A stretch of DNA of 64,000 bases from NCBI GenBank assembly GCA_964016885.1, contig OZ024751.1:53816001-53880000 (forward strand), read 5' to 3'. Source of the stretch: Eledone cirrhosa (lineage: Eukaryota). The notes beneath the pieces are model-generated. The model saw nothing but the letters and a program-made list of their open reading frames with translations, was not told the DNA's origin and did no database searches. Below are positions 12,951 to 26,389 of the stretch, piece by piece (the first letter of the stretch is position 1; every line of letters begins with the position of its first letter). Both the position numbers and the translations under genes were made by a program.

Positions 12951-13856
12951 TCATTGGGTATGATACCATCATGTATTACTTGATTGATTATGTGGATGAC
13001 TTCAGATGATTTCAGCATCTCAGTGACTTTTTCTTACAATTCAGTAGCTTTACAATTTTTCAATTCTCTTCTGCTTTTCTACATATGTATGTACCTACCT
13101 ACATACATCCCTCCCCCCTACCTACCTACCTTTCCTTCTATCACCCCCTCCCTGTATTACTCCTATCATCCAAAATGGAATTGTGTTTCTTTTTTATACT
13201 CTATTACTACTACTATCTAAAACCATCTGTGATAGTCGGTCATTAAAATATAGCCCCAATCAACTAGTTAGTAAGAAACACATTAACTCATGCATAGATA
13301 CTTTTATAAAGTGAATATTTCTGTCTCACTGATTAGAAAGTGCAAGAAACAGAAACAAGGAGGAAAACCAATGAAATAACAATTATCGAGCAAGATAATG
13401 AAGAAGATTCTATATGTTTGCTTGATTTTACTAGAAATAGTAGCCAAATATTTCTCTGATTACACCTTACGTGTTAGACTCTAAAAATAGTACAAACTAA
13501 ATAAGACAGTTCTATATACCATACTATAGAATCACATACACTCACATATGTACATATATATTATTAGAACTGCCAGCTTTTACTCTGTATGCAAATGAGC
13601 TTCATCAGCTGATGTTCATAGGAATAAAACCTATAAGATTTTAGCTTGTTTTCATCTTAGCATCCAAGAGGGAGTAAGCCCCTCTGATGATGATTAAAGA
13701 ACCAGAAACAGTGCCATTTGAGTGCTCTCCCTTGCTTAGTTGCTAAAGACCAGTGGTGAATATTCACTGTTTCTAAAATTTCATAGCACGGCTATAAAAA
13801 TATCTATTTATATGAACATTTCATATATGATTCAATATACAATCCCATCATATATA

Positions 13857-14350
13857 TCATCATCATCATCATCACCGTTTCACGTCTGTTCTTCCATGCT
13901 AGCATGGGTTAGACGGGTTGTCCTGCTGTGGGCAGTCTCCGATCGGCTGACCTTGTCTTGCTCATTCGGGAACTGATTCTGGCTTGATTTCTACAGCTGG
14001 ATGCCCTTCCTAACACCAACCTCATTTACAGTGAGTGCTGAGTGCTTTTTTTCCATGGCACCTACACGTCCACTTTACAGTGAGTGCTGGGTGCTTTTTT
14101 TCCGTGGTGCCTACACGTTCACTTTACAGTGTGGGATGGGTGCTTTTTTGTCGTGGCACCTCCATGACCACTTTGCAGTGGAATGATAGAGACCCCCAGT
14201 CCTATCATCTCATTTCTACAGCTGAGTAAACTGGAGCAATTTGAAATAAAGTGTCTTGCTCAAGGAAACAACACATCACCCTGGTCTGAGAATTGAACTC
14301 ACAACCTTTCGATTGCAAGCCCAATGCTCTAACCACTAATCCATGCACCT
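13857..14350 (-). mobile_element. Family B SINE with alternative tail and internal tandem duplication
   Basis: Same head and core as 7316-7710. Tail is acccatgctagcatggaagaacagacgtgaaacgg(tga)n. A unit of about 45 bp (ttacagtgagtgctg..cctacacgt) is repeated. Confidence 0.85.
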
Positions 14351-14372
14351 TCATATATATATATATATATAT

Positions 14373-17300
14373 ATCATCATCATGATCATGATGATCATCA
14401 TCATTTTACGTCCGCTTTTCCCTGCTTGCAAGGGTGGGACGGTCTTATTCAGCACAGCATCTCTCCACTTGTCACGCTCCTTCATCATCTCCACCGTGAG
14501 CTTCAATGATCTGAGGTCTGTTCTCACCACCTCCACCCATGTTTTTCGTGGTCTACCTCTACCACGTCTTCCTTCAACTGGCATTTACTGGCACTTCTTC
14601 ACCCATCGGTCATCCTCCATGCGCATCACATGTCCATACCACCTCAGTCTCCTCTCCCGTACACTACATTCTATCCCTCTCAGACACAGTTTCTCTCTCA
14701 ACACATTTATGCTGGGTCGTTCACGCACATTTACACTGCACATCCAATGAAGCATGCTTGCCTCATTTCTCTCCAGCCGTCGATATCCTCTGCAGTTGCT
14801 GCCCATGTCTCACTACCATGCAGCATCGCGCTCCTCACACAGGCATCATACAACCAGCCTTTCGTATGCAGGGAGAAACCCTTCTTCGTCAACAGAGGAA
14901 GCAGCTCCCTAAACTTCTTCGAACCCATCCTTATTCTAGATACTATGGCCTCGGAACACCCACCTCCCATGCTAATCTGATCTCCTAGGTACCGGAAGCT
15001 ATCCACCACTTCTATAGCGCCCTCCTGCATCTGAAAAATGTGTCTATCAATGTGACTTCTACTGTCTAATTTCCCTGTACATCTACTGCATACATATTTC
15101 TCCCTACCTGTTAGTTTGCCTGCTATCCCGCTACATCTCTTGTGTACATGATCTGCATCGTGTGCATTTTATAGAATTTATGCCAGTTCCTTTTCTGCAT
15201 ATTGAACATGGCCATTTCCCTGACGGAATCAGAGTTTTGTCCTCTTTTCTACTCATCAACACTTTTGTCTTAGCTAGGTTCACTCTCAGTCCTCTTGCTT
15301 CCAACTGCTGTTTCCATAGCCAGAATTTATTCTCTAGCTCCTCTACTGATTCTGCTATAAGAACCAGATCGTCAGCATAGAGAAGTTCCCATGGACAGCC
15401 AGTCTGTTATGGCTTGGAGGACTATAATGAACAAGAGCAGGCTGAGGACCGAACCTTGATGTACTCCTACTTGTATCTGGAATTCCTCACTAAACTCCAT
15501 TCCTACCCTGACTTTACTGAGAGTACCTCTGTACAAAGTTTGCACTGTCCTCACAAGCCATTCCTCAACACCTAGCTTCCTTAGGGACCACCAGATGACA
15601 GATCGGGGTACCCTATCAAAGGCCTTCTCTAGGTCATCAAAGGCTAAGTATAGTGGCTTATTTTTCTCTAAGAACCTCTCTTGCAATTGTCTCACCAAGA
15701 CGAGGGCATCTGTTGTACTCTTCCCAGGCACAAAACCAAACTGCATCTCATCTAGTTTGACCCTTTCTCTAATTAGTTGTGCTAATATCCTTTCTGCCAC
15801 TTTCATAACCTGATCCATCAGTTTTATACCCCTATAATTGCTCCTCTCCAGAGCATCCCCTTTACCTTTGTAGCAATTTATGAGAATACTGCTGCACCAG
15901 TCTTTGGGTATGACACCACCATATATAGCCTGATTGATGATGCGTGCAACCAGTTTAATGCCTACGTCCCCTGATGCCTTCAGCATCTCAGCAACTATTC
16001 CCGATGGTCCAGCAGCCTTACCATTTTTCATTTCCCTAATCGCCTCTTAGACCCTATATTCGTCAATCTCAATAGCTGGTCCCTCTGTCGGATCTACTAA
16101 GGGGAATTTCTCTCTCTCCCATTCGTTCTCCACATTCATCAGTCTCTCATAATGACATTTCCAGGCCTCCTTTTTCTGATCATTCGTGACACTAAGTACA
16201 CCGGCATCATCCCGGACACATTTATCTCCAACAACATCCTGATTTGCATTGACACACTGCCTTGCAATGTGGAACACCGCACACCTCTGATCTTTCCGTT
16301 GCAGAACATTGGCAAACCTCCTACTCTCCGTCTCCCTGTGTGCTAAGTACACCTGACATATAGCTTCTCTCTTAGTGGCTGTATATTCTTCCCTACTCCC
16401 ACCCTTTTTCCAAGCCTTCCATGCTAGTCTTTTGTCTCTAATAGCCTTATCTACTGTGCTGTTCCACCACCAGGTCACTCTCTGTCTGGTTGGAGCTCTG
16501 CTCCAGCCACAAGTTTCATCAGTAGCCTGCAGCAAGTTGTCACGTAAGAAATTCCAGTTATTATCTATGTCATACGTCTCTAAATCGACTTCTTTTTCGT
16601 CATATACATCTTGAAGGGCTTTCCTAAATTTGTATTTTAGTGAAAGGTCTTTTAGCTTCCAGACCTTTCTTCTCCACACCTTCCTGTATGTCTCATTCCA
16701 TCTCTTGCTTACTGAGATATCACTAACGACTAACCTATGCTGTGGGGTACATTCTTCCCCAGGGTATGCCTTGGTATTAGACACTATCTGCCTGTCCCGC
16801 TGCCTAACTAGTAAGAAGTCAATCTGGCTTATGTGCTCACCAGATTTGTAGGTTATTAGGTGATTGGCAGGTTTCTGGAAGTTTGTGTTGCAAATAGTCA
16901 ATGTACCTGCATCACAAAATTCAAGAAGTCTCACTCCTTCTTCATTTTTTGAGCCGTAACTGTGCCCACCATGTACCCCAGTGTAACCATCCTGGAGCTG
17001 TCCAACATGACCATTGAAGTCTCCTGCTAGCATAACGATGTCTCCATCCGCTGTCATTGCGGTTGTTTGTAAAAGTTGCTTGTAAAAGCAGTCTTTCTCA
17101 TCTTTGCCTAGGCCTGCTTGGGGAGCATAGGCCGAGATGATTGTCAGTAGTCTCCTACCTACAACTAATCTAAGCTTAATTATTCGATTACTAACTCGAA
17201 CTACCTCTATTGTCTTATTGATCCATTTCTCAGCCAGGAAAATGCCTACTCCCCCTAACCCATCATCCTTACCTACCCAGAATAGCTTATAGCTAAGACG

Positions 17301-17650
17301 CTTGCCTATGACTAGTCTCGCAGAGGCACCTCTCCATCTCACCTCTTGCACGCAGCACACATCCACCTGCCTTCTCTCCAGCATCTCTGCTATTTCACCA
17401 GATCTACCTGTGACAGTGCCAACATTAAGTGTTGCAACTCTGAGATGTGACGTCTTCATATTTTCTTGTTCCTATTTGTTGCTGTGCTGATAAGTGTTTT
17501 GGCATTGATACACTGGTTGGATGCCCTCCCTAACACCAGCGCCACTTTACAGCATGGACTGGGTGCTTTTATTTGTGCCACCAGCACTAGAGAGGATGTC
17601 TTACTAGACTCAAGGGCCCTCTCTACCCCTCCATTTTACAGCATGGTCAT
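14373..17650 (-). mobile_element. Near full-length RTE-clade LINE (APE endonuclease, RT, Cys-rich domain), disrupted
   Basis: ATG at 17459. APE motifs VATLNV, CVQEVRW, GDFNGHVG, QIDFLL, PQHRLV. RT motifs GKAAGPSG, NYRGIKL, QFGF, DLEKAFDRV, GVHQGSVLS, LLYADD. Frameshifts near 16040 and 15390, a stop at about 14586, and a (TGA)n tail. Confidence 0.95.
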
Positions 17651-17686
17651 TAAAAAAACAAGAAAACAAAAAAAAAAACACTTATT

Positions 17687-17728
<42 letters not shown>

Positions 17729-17789
17729 AAAAAAAGGAACAGAATGACTTCACTTGTAAAGTTAACAAATTTATGATTTAATGTTATAA

Positions 17790-17980
17790 TATAATTGTTT
17801 CTACTTTTGGCACAAGGCCAGCAATTAACCAGTGCATTACTGGTACTTTATTTTATCGACCCTGTAAAGATGAAAGGCAAAGTTAACCTCGGCGGGATTT
17901 GAACTCAGAATGGCAAGGGCCATAACACTATGCGTCAAAGCATGGTGTCCGACCCTCTACCGATACTGCCAATCCACCAA
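17790..17980 (-). mobile_element. Family A SINE
   Basis: Reverse complement of 968-1155. Confidence 0.85.
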
Positions 17981-18061
17981 TTGTAATGGTGAGTAGATAG
18001 ATGTGTAAAATAGTAATGAGAGTAACAATAATAATAACATGAAAAGAAATATATATATATA

Positions 18062-18250
18062 TATAAATAACGAAGGAATTGTGGTGAAGAACCAGATGGA
18101 CCGTAATGCACCAAAGTACTCAATACTTAGGGTAGTAGAGTGGGTAATAGGAACAAGTATGACCTCGATGGCTATTTCTGGACTCAAATGTCCAGAAATA
18201 GCTATCGAAACGGCTTGAGCTCTGCCGTCGAGGTCATACTTGTTCCTATA
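18062..18250. mobile_element. PLE terminal foldback with a core-less hammerhead scaffold
   Basis: ataggaacaagtatgacctc / gaggtcatacttgttcctat arms enclose a long stem II and GAAA-cggc..gccg-TC, but there is no CTGANGA. Confidence 0.6.
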
Positions 18251-18564
18251 TAAATATATATATATATATATATAGGATGAGAGAGAGAGAGGTGGTGACT
18301 ATGTGTGTGTGTATGTGAGTGTGTTGGTGTGAGTAAGAGGGTTGATTGTGTATGTATGTGTGAATGAGAAAAAGCCCAGTTTACAGTTCTAAGACTTCAA
18401 TTAATGCTACAATTGTTGTAGAGTGACAGATAGAAAAAGAGGAGTCACATATTACTTCTTTTGAATATGACATTGGTACAATGGAAGTCTTCAAATTATT
18501 GTCAATACTCTTCATTCTGCTGTTGAATGCTGGATATTGGTTCTTGTTGGCTGTCTGTTTAGTT

Positions 18565-19195
18565 GCTATTGCTGGTGTTGTTGTTGTTGCTGGTTTTGTT
18601 GTTGTTGCTGGTGTTGTTGCTGCTGGTGTTGTTGTTGCTGGTTTTGTTGTTGCTGGTGTTGTTGCTGGTGTTGTCGTTGTTGTTGGTGTTGTTGTTGTTG
18701 CTGGTTTTGTTGTTGCTGGTGTTGTCGTTGTTGTTGGTGATGTTGTTGCTGGTGTTGCTGCTGCTTGTGTTGTTGCTGCTGCTTTGTTGTTGCTTTTCTC
18801 AACATCTTTGTTGATGTTGCTTTTGATGTCTTTATTATTATTGTTGTTGTTGTTGTTGTAGTCGATTTTCATTATCATCATTGTTGGTGTTGTTACTCGT
18901 GCTTTTAGCTGTTGATGTTTTTGTTTTCTTCAGCCCTAACCATAACAACAACAAGAACCATAGCAACAACAGCAACACCAACAGCAACAGCAACAACAAC
19001 AACAACAACAACAACAGCAACAGCAGCAACAACGGCAACAGCAGCAACAGCAGCAGAAACAGCAACAACAGCAGCAGCAGCAGCAACAGCAACAGAAGCA
19101 ACAGCAGCAGCAGCAGCAGCAACAGAAACAGCAGCAACAGCAGCAGCAACAGCAACAACAACAGCAGAAACAGCAGCAGCAGCAACAGCAACAGC

Positions 19196-19230
<35 letters not shown>

Positions 19231-22200
19231 CAACAACAGCAGCAGCAACAGCAACAGCAACAGCAGTAACAACAACAACATCAGCAGCAGCAGCAACAAC
19301 AGCAGCAGCAACAGCAGCAGCAACAACAGCAACAGCAGCAACAGCAGCAGCAACAGCAGCAGCAGCAACAGCATCAGCAGCAGCAGCAACAGCAGCAACT
19401 GCAACAGCAACAACAACAGCAGCAACAGCATCAACAGCAACAACAGCAGCAGCAACAGCAGCAGCAATAACAGCAACAACAACAGCAACAGCAACAGCAA
19501 CAACAACAGCAACAGCATCAGCAACAGCAGCAACAGCAGCAGCAGCAACAGCAGCAGCAACAGCAGCAACAGCAGCAGTAGTTATTGCTTGACAAGTAGA
19601 AACATCTTGAGAAGTTCCTCCTGACAAATTGATGTTAATTATTCTAAAAATGATGGAGAAATATTAGACAACATTCTAGAAATACATAAATAATCAAATT
19701 ACTGATTAGTTATTCGATATATAACATGTTGTTGTTGTTGTGGTTGTTGTAGTGGTGGTGGTTGTGGTGGTTGTTGTTGTGGTGGTTGTGGTGGTGGTGG
19801 TGGTGGTTGTAGTGGTGGTGGTTGTGGTGGTTGTGGTTGTTGTGGTGGTTGTTGTAGTGGTGATGGTTGTGGTGGTTGTTGTTGTTGTGGTTGTGGTGGT
19901 GGTTGTTGTGGTGGTGGTTGTGGTGGTGGTGGTTGTGGTGGTTGTGGTTGTTGTGGTGGTTGTTGTAGTGGTGATGGTTGTGGTGGTTGTTGTTGTTGTG
20001 GTGGTGGTTGTGGTTGTTGTAGTGGTGGTGGTTGTGGTGGTTGTTGTTGTTGTGGTGGTGGTTGTGGTTGTTGTGGTGGTGGTTGTGGTTGTTGTGGTGG
20101 TTGTTGTAGTGGTGGTGGTTGTGGTGGTTGTTGTTGTTGTGGTTGTGGTGGTGGTTGTTGTGGTGGTGGTTGTGGTGGTGGTGGTTGTGGTGGTTGTGGT
20201 TGTTGTGGTGGTTGTTGTAGTGGTGGTGGTTGTGGTGGTTGTTGTTGTTGTGGTGGTGGTTGTGGTTGTTGTAGTGGTGGTGGTTGTGGTGGTTGTTGTT
20301 GTTGTGGTGGTGGTTGTGGTTGTTGTGGTGGTGGTTGTGGTTGTTGTGGTGGTTGTTGTAGTGGTGGTGGTTGTGGTGGTTGTGGTTGTTGTGGTGGTTG
20401 TTGTAGTGGTGGTGGTTGTGGTGGTTGTTGTTGTTGTGGTGGTGGTTGTGGTTGTTGTAGTGGTGGTGGTTGTGGTGGTTGTTGTTGTTGTGGTGGTGGT
20501 TGTGGTTGTTGTGGTGGTTGTTGTAGTGGTGGTGGTTGTGGTGGTTGTTGTTGTTGTGGTGGTGGTTGTGGTGGTTGTTGTTGTGGTGGTTGTGGTGGTG
20601 GTGGTGGTTGTTGTTGTGGTTGTAGTGGTGGTTGTAGTGGTGACTGTTGCTGTGGTGGCTGTTGTTGTGGTTGTTGTAGTGGTGGTGGTTGTGGTTGTTG
20701 TTGTTGTTGTGGTTGTAGTGGTGGTGGTTGTTGTTGTGGTGGTGGTTGTGGTGGTTGTTGTTGTTGTGGTGGTTGTGGTGGTGGTGGTGGTTGTTGTTGT
20801 GGTTGTAGTGGTGGTTGTAGTGGTGACTGTTGCTGTGGTGGCTGTTGAGGTGGCTGTTATTGTGGTTGTGGTTGTGGTGGTGGTTGTGGTTGTTGTAGTG
20901 GTGGTGGTTGTTGTTGTTGTGGTGGTTGTGGTGGTGGTGGTGGTTGTTGTTGTGGTTGTAGTGGTGGTTGTAGTGGTGACTGTTGCTGTGGTGGCTGTTG
21001 TTGTGGTTGTTGTAGTGGTGGTGGTTGTGGTTGTTGTTGTTGTTGTGGTTGTAGTGGTGGTGGTTGTTGTTGTGGTGGTGGTTGTGGTGGTTGTTGTTGT
21101 TGTGGTGGTTGTAGTGGTGGTGGTGGTGGTGGTGGTGGTTGTTGTTGTTGTGGTTGTGGTGGTTGTTGTGGTTGTAGTGGTGGTGGTTGTTGTTGTGGTT
21201 GTAGTGGTGGTTGTTGTGGTGACTGTTGCTGTGGTGGCTGTTGTGGTGGTGGCGGTGGTGGTTGTGTAGTGGTGGTGGTTGTGGTGGTTGTTGTTGTTGT
21301 GGTTGTAGTGGTGGTGGTTGTTGTTGATGTGGTGGTTGTGGTGGTGGTGGTTGTTGTTGTGGTGGTGGTTGTGGTGGTTGTTGTTGTTGTGGTTGTAGTG
21401 GTGGTGGTTGTTGTTGTTGTGGTGGTTGTGGTGGTGACTGTTGCTGTGGTGGCTGTTGTGGTTGTTGTTGTTGTGGTGGTTGTAGTGGTGGTGGTGGTTG
21501 TTGTTGTTGTGGTTGTAGTGGTGGTTGTAGTGGTGACTGTTGCTGTGGTGGCTGTTGTGGTGGTGGTGGTTGTAGTGATGGTTGTTGCTGTGGTGGCTGT
21601 TGTAGTGGTGGTAGTGGTGGTTGTAGTGGTGACTGTTGCTGTGGTGGCTGTTGCTGTGGTGGCTGTAGTGGTGGCTGTTATTGTAGTGGTGACTGTTGTA
21701 GTGGTGGCTGTTGTGGTGGTGGTAGTGGTGGTTGTGTAGTGGTGGTTGTTGTTGTGGTGGTTGTAGTGGCGGTTGTAGTGGTGGCTGTTGTGGTGGTTGT
21801 TGTAGTGGTGACTGTTGTTGTGGTGGCTGTTGTTGAAGTGGTGACTGTTGTTGTGGTGGCTCTTGTGGTGCTGGTGGTTGTAGTGGTGGCTGTTGCTGTG
21901 GTGGCTGTTGTAGTGGTGCTTGTAGTGGTGGCTGTTGTTGTGGTGGCTGTTGTAGTGGTGGTTGTTGTTGTTGTGGGGTGGCTGTTGTTGTGGTGGTAGT
22001 TGTTGTTGTGGTGGCTGTTGTGGTGGTGGTTGTAGTTCTGGCTGTTGTTATTTTGGTGGTGGTGGTTGCTGTTGTTGTGGTGGCTGTTGTTGTGGTGGTT
22101 GTTGTGGTTGTTGTTGTTGTTGTGGTTGTAGTGGTGGTTGTTGTGGTTGTTGTTGTTGGTGATGGTGGCTGAAGTTATGGCTGTTGTAGTGGTGGCGGTT

Positions 22201-22400
22201 GTAGTGGTGGTTGTTGTTGTTGTTATTGTGGTGGTTGTGGTTGCTGTTGTTGGTGGGTTTCGTTATGTTGTGGTTGTTGTTGTTGTGGTGATTGTTGTCA
22301 TTGTTGTTTATGTTGTTGCGGTTGTTGTTGTTGCCATTTTTGTTTTTGTTTTTGTTTGTTTTTGGTTTATTGTAGTTGTTATCATGGTTGTTGTTGTGGT
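18565..22400. repeat. Mosaic of trinucleotide repeats: (GTT/GCT)n, (CAG/CAA)n, (GTG/GTT)n
   Basis: Direct reading. Source of poly-V, poly-L, poly-A and poly-S/N ORFs. Confidence 0.95.
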
Positions 22401-22417
22401 GGTTGTTGTTGTTATCA

Positions 22418-24480
22418 TTGTGGGAGTTGTTGATGTTATTGTTGTGGGAGTTGTTGATGTTGTTATTGTTGTGGGAGTTGTTGATGTTGTTATTGTTGTG
22501 GGAGTTGTTGATGTTGTTATTGTTGTGGGAGTTGTTGATGTTGTTATTGTTGTGGGAGTTGTTGATGTTGTTATTGTTGTGGGAGTTGTTGTTGTTGTTA
22601 TTGTTGTGGGAGTTGTTGTTGTTATTGTTGTGGGAGTTGTTGTTGTTGTTATTGTTGTGGGAGTTGTTGATGTTGTTGTTATTATTGTTATTGTTGTGGG
22701 AGTTGTTGATGTTGTTGTTATTGTTGTGGGAGTTGTTGATGTTGTTATTGTTGTGGGAGTTGTTGATGTTGTTGTTATTGTTGTGGGAGTTGTTGATGTT
22801 GTTATTGTTGCGGGAGTTGTTGATGTTGTTATTGTTGTGGGAGTTGTTGTTGTTGTTATTGTTGTGGGAGTTGTTGTTGTTATTGTTGTGGGAGTTGTTG
22901 TTGTTGTTATTGTTGTGGGAGTTGTTGATGTTGTTATTGTTGTGGGAGTTGTTGTTGTTATTGTTGTGGGAGTTGTTGTTGTTGTTATTGTTGTGGGAGT
23001 TGTTGATGTTGTTGTTATTATTGTTATTGTTGTGGGAGTTGTTGATGTTGTTGTTATTATTGTTATTGTTGTGGGAGTTGTTGATGTTGTTGTTGTTGTG
23101 GGAGTTGTTGATGTTGTTATTGTTGTGGGAGTTGTTGTTGTTGTTATTGTTGTGGGAGTTGTTGTTGTTATTGTTGTGGGAGTTGTTGTTGTTGTTATTG
23201 TTGTGGGAGTTGTTGATGTTGTTGTTATTATTGTTATTGTTGTGGGAGTTGTTGATGTTGTTGTTATTGTTGTGGGAGTTGTTGATGTTGTTATTGTTGT
23301 GGGAGTTGTTGATGTTGTTGTTATTGTTGTGGGAGTTGTTGATGTTGTTATTGTTGCGGGAGTTGTTGATGTTGTTATTGTTGTGGGAGTTGTTGTTGTT
23401 GTTATTGTTGTGGGAGTTGTTGTTGTTATTGTTGTGGGAGTTGTTGTTGTTGTTATTGTTGTGGGAGTTGTTGATGTTGTTATTGTTGTGGGAGTTGTTG
23501 ATGTTGTTATTGTTGTGGGAGTTGTTGTTGTTATTGTTGTGGGAGTTGTTGTTGTTATTGTTGTGGGAGTTATTGTTGTTATTGTTGTGGGAGTTGTTGT
23601 TGTTGTTATTGTTGTGGGAGTTGTTGATGTTGTTATTGTTGTGGGAGTTGTTGATGTTGTTGTTATTGTTGTGGGAGTTGTTGATGTTGTTATTGTTGTG
23701 GGAGTTGTTGATGTTGTTATTGTTGCGGGAGTTATTGATGTTGTTGTTGTTGTGGGAGTTGTTGATGTTGTTATTGTTGTGGGAGTTGTTGATGTTGTTA
23801 TTGTTGTGGGAGTTGTTGATGTTATTGTTGTGGGAGTTGTTGATGTTGTTATTGTTGTGGGAGTTGTTGATGTTGTTATTGTTGTGGGAGTTGTTGATGT
23901 TGTTATTGTTGTGGGAGTTGTTGATGTTGTTATTGTTGTGGGAGTTGTTGATGTTGTTATTGTTGTGGGAGTTGTTGATGTTGTTATTGTTGTGGGAGTT
24001 GTTGATGTTGTTGTTGTTGTGGGAGTTGTTGATGTTGTTATTGTTGTGGGAGTTGTTGATGTTGTTATTGTTGTGGGAGTTGTTGTTGTTGTTATTGTTG
24101 TGGGAGTTGTTGATGTTGTTATTGTTGTGGGAGTTGTTGATGTTGTTGTTGTTGTGGGAGTTGTTGATGTTGTTATTGTTGTGGGAGTTATTGATGTTGT
24201 TATTGTTGTGGGAGTTGTTGATGTTGTTATTGTTGTGGGAGTTGTTGTTGTTGTTATTGTTGTGGGAGTTATTGATGTTGTTATTGTTGTGGGAGTTGTT
24301 GATGTTGTTATTGTTGTGGGAGTTGTTGATGTTGTTATTGTTGTGGGAGTTGTTGATGTTGTTATTGTTGTGGGAGTTGTTGATGTTGTTGTTGTTGTGG
24401 GAGTTGTTGATGTTGTTGTTATTGTTGTGGGAGTTGTTGATGTTGTTGTTGTTGTGGGAGTTGTTGATGTTGTTGTTATT
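22418..24480. repeat. 27-bp minisatellite gtgggagttgttgatgttgttattgtt
   Basis: About 75 units. Length variants differ by whole triplets, with higher-order blocks. Confidence 0.95.
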
Positions 24481-24494
24481 CTTCACTTGTGTTG

Positions 24495-24564
<70 letters not shown>

Positions 24565-24609
24565 AGCCTATGTCTCTGTTATATATGTTTGTCATTTGGG
24601 CCTATTGAC

Positions 24610-25525
24610 TATGATGATGATGATGATGAATGAAGACTTGATGATAATGAACTTGATGTTGATGATGTTGATGATGTTGTTAATGACAGCCAGTAATTAT
24701 GATGATAGGAAGGGCAATGGTGATAGTTACATTAATAATAGTGTAGAAGTTGATGATGATGATGATGATGATTGTGATGATGATGATGATTGTGATGATG
24801 ATGATGATTATGATGACGATTGTGATGATGATGATGACGATGATGTTGATGATTGTGATAGTGACAGAGATGAGAATAGTGAGTGTTGCTGGTGATAGTG
24901 ATGATGGTGATGATGGTGATGGTGGTGATGGTGATGATGGTGGTGGTGATGGTGGTGATGGTGATGATGGTGGTCGTGGTGGTGATGGTGGTGATGGTGG
25001 TGGTGGTGATGATGGTGATGATGGTGATGGTGGTGATGGTGGTGGTGGTGGTGATGGTGATGATGGTGGTGGTGATGGTGATGATGGTGATGGTGATGAT
25101 TGTGGTGATGGTGATGATGGTGGTGAAGGTGATGATGGTGGTGGTGGTGATGGTGATGATGGTGGTGATGGTGGTGATGGTGGTGATGCTGATGATGGTG
25201 ATGATGGTGATGGTGATGATGGTGATGGTGGTGATGGTGGTGATGGTGATGATGGTGGTGATGGTGGTGATGGTGATGATGGTTGTGATGATGGTGATGG
25301 TGATGGTGGTGGTGATGCTGATGATGGTGATGATGGTGATGGTGATGATGGTGATGGTGATGAGGGTGATGGTGATGGTGGTGGTGATGGTGATGATGGT
25401 GATGATGGTGATGGTGATGATGGTGATGACAATGTCAATGATAATAATGTCGAAGGTGATAGTGATGTTGATGGTGCTGATGATAATGGTTATGGTGATA
25501 GACATGATAATGATGATGATGATGT
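24610..25525. repeat. (GAT/GGT)n compound microsatellite
   Basis: Direct reading. Confidence 0.95.
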
Positions 25526-25671
25526 GGGAAATGGTGAGTATTTTGATGATTATTAAGAAAGCAGTGATAATATATATGACAGTTAAGAGGTTGATGAAAG
25601 GAGACAAAGGAAATTAGTGAAAAAGAAAGAGAGAGGGTGGTGGCAGTGGCAGATATAATAGATATAGAGAT

Positions 25672-26060
25672 GGAGGCACATGGCTTAGTGGTTAGAGCAT
25701 TGGGCTTGCAATAGAAAGGTTGTGAGTTCAATTCTCAGACCGGGTGATGTGTTGTTTCCTTGAGCAAGACACTTTATTTCACATTGCTCCAGTTTACTCA
25801 GCTGTAGAAATGAGATGATAGGACTGGGGTCCATATCATTCCACTGCAAAGTGGTCGTGGAGGTGCCATGGCAAAAAATGCACCCAGTACTCACTGTAAA
25901 TGAGGTTGGTGTTAGGAAGGGTATCCAGTTGCAGAAATCAAGCCAGAATCAGTTCCAGTATGAGCAAGACAAGGTCAGCCGACCGGACACTGCCCACAAC
26001 AGGACAACCCGTCTAACCCATGCTAGCGTGGAAGAATGGATGTAAAACGGGGATGATGAT
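25672..26060 (+). mobile_element. Family B SINE, full length
   Basis: tRNA-like head, CORE-like ccttgagcaagacact, Meta-like gttaggaagggtatccag, and tail acccatgctagcgtggaagaatggatgtaaaac..gatgat. Confidence 0.88.
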
Positions 26061-26389
26061 ATATATATATATATATATACAGTTCCCAGTCATTCAAAGC
26101 TGGCAATCCCTTTTCTATGTCAACAATAAGTAGCTGACATCTGCATCAGCAATAATTAAGAAAATATCAACAAAATGATGAGGACAAAAAAATACTATCA
26201 CCCTTGTACAAGTACAAAACAGGGGATTTACCTAATCCTTTTAGTAAATCCCTGGTTTAATTTTCCACAGTGCTTCCATAATATTCCACTATATTCTACA
26301 ATATTTCCTAATATTCCATAATATACCATAGCATTTCTACAACACACCGCAATATTCTACAACACACATATATCTTAAATTATCACAAT

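Noticed and set aside
13680-13730. Hammerhead-like CTGATGA..GAAAC (similar cases at about 4910-4975, 38786, 45148 and 45369)
   Set aside because: Stems I and III cannot be closed or the core is damaged. At most decayed remnants.
19740-22000. Poly-Val or Thr-rich giant ORF
   Set aside because: Frame breaks at about 21269 and 21739, and the sequence is pure triplet repeat.
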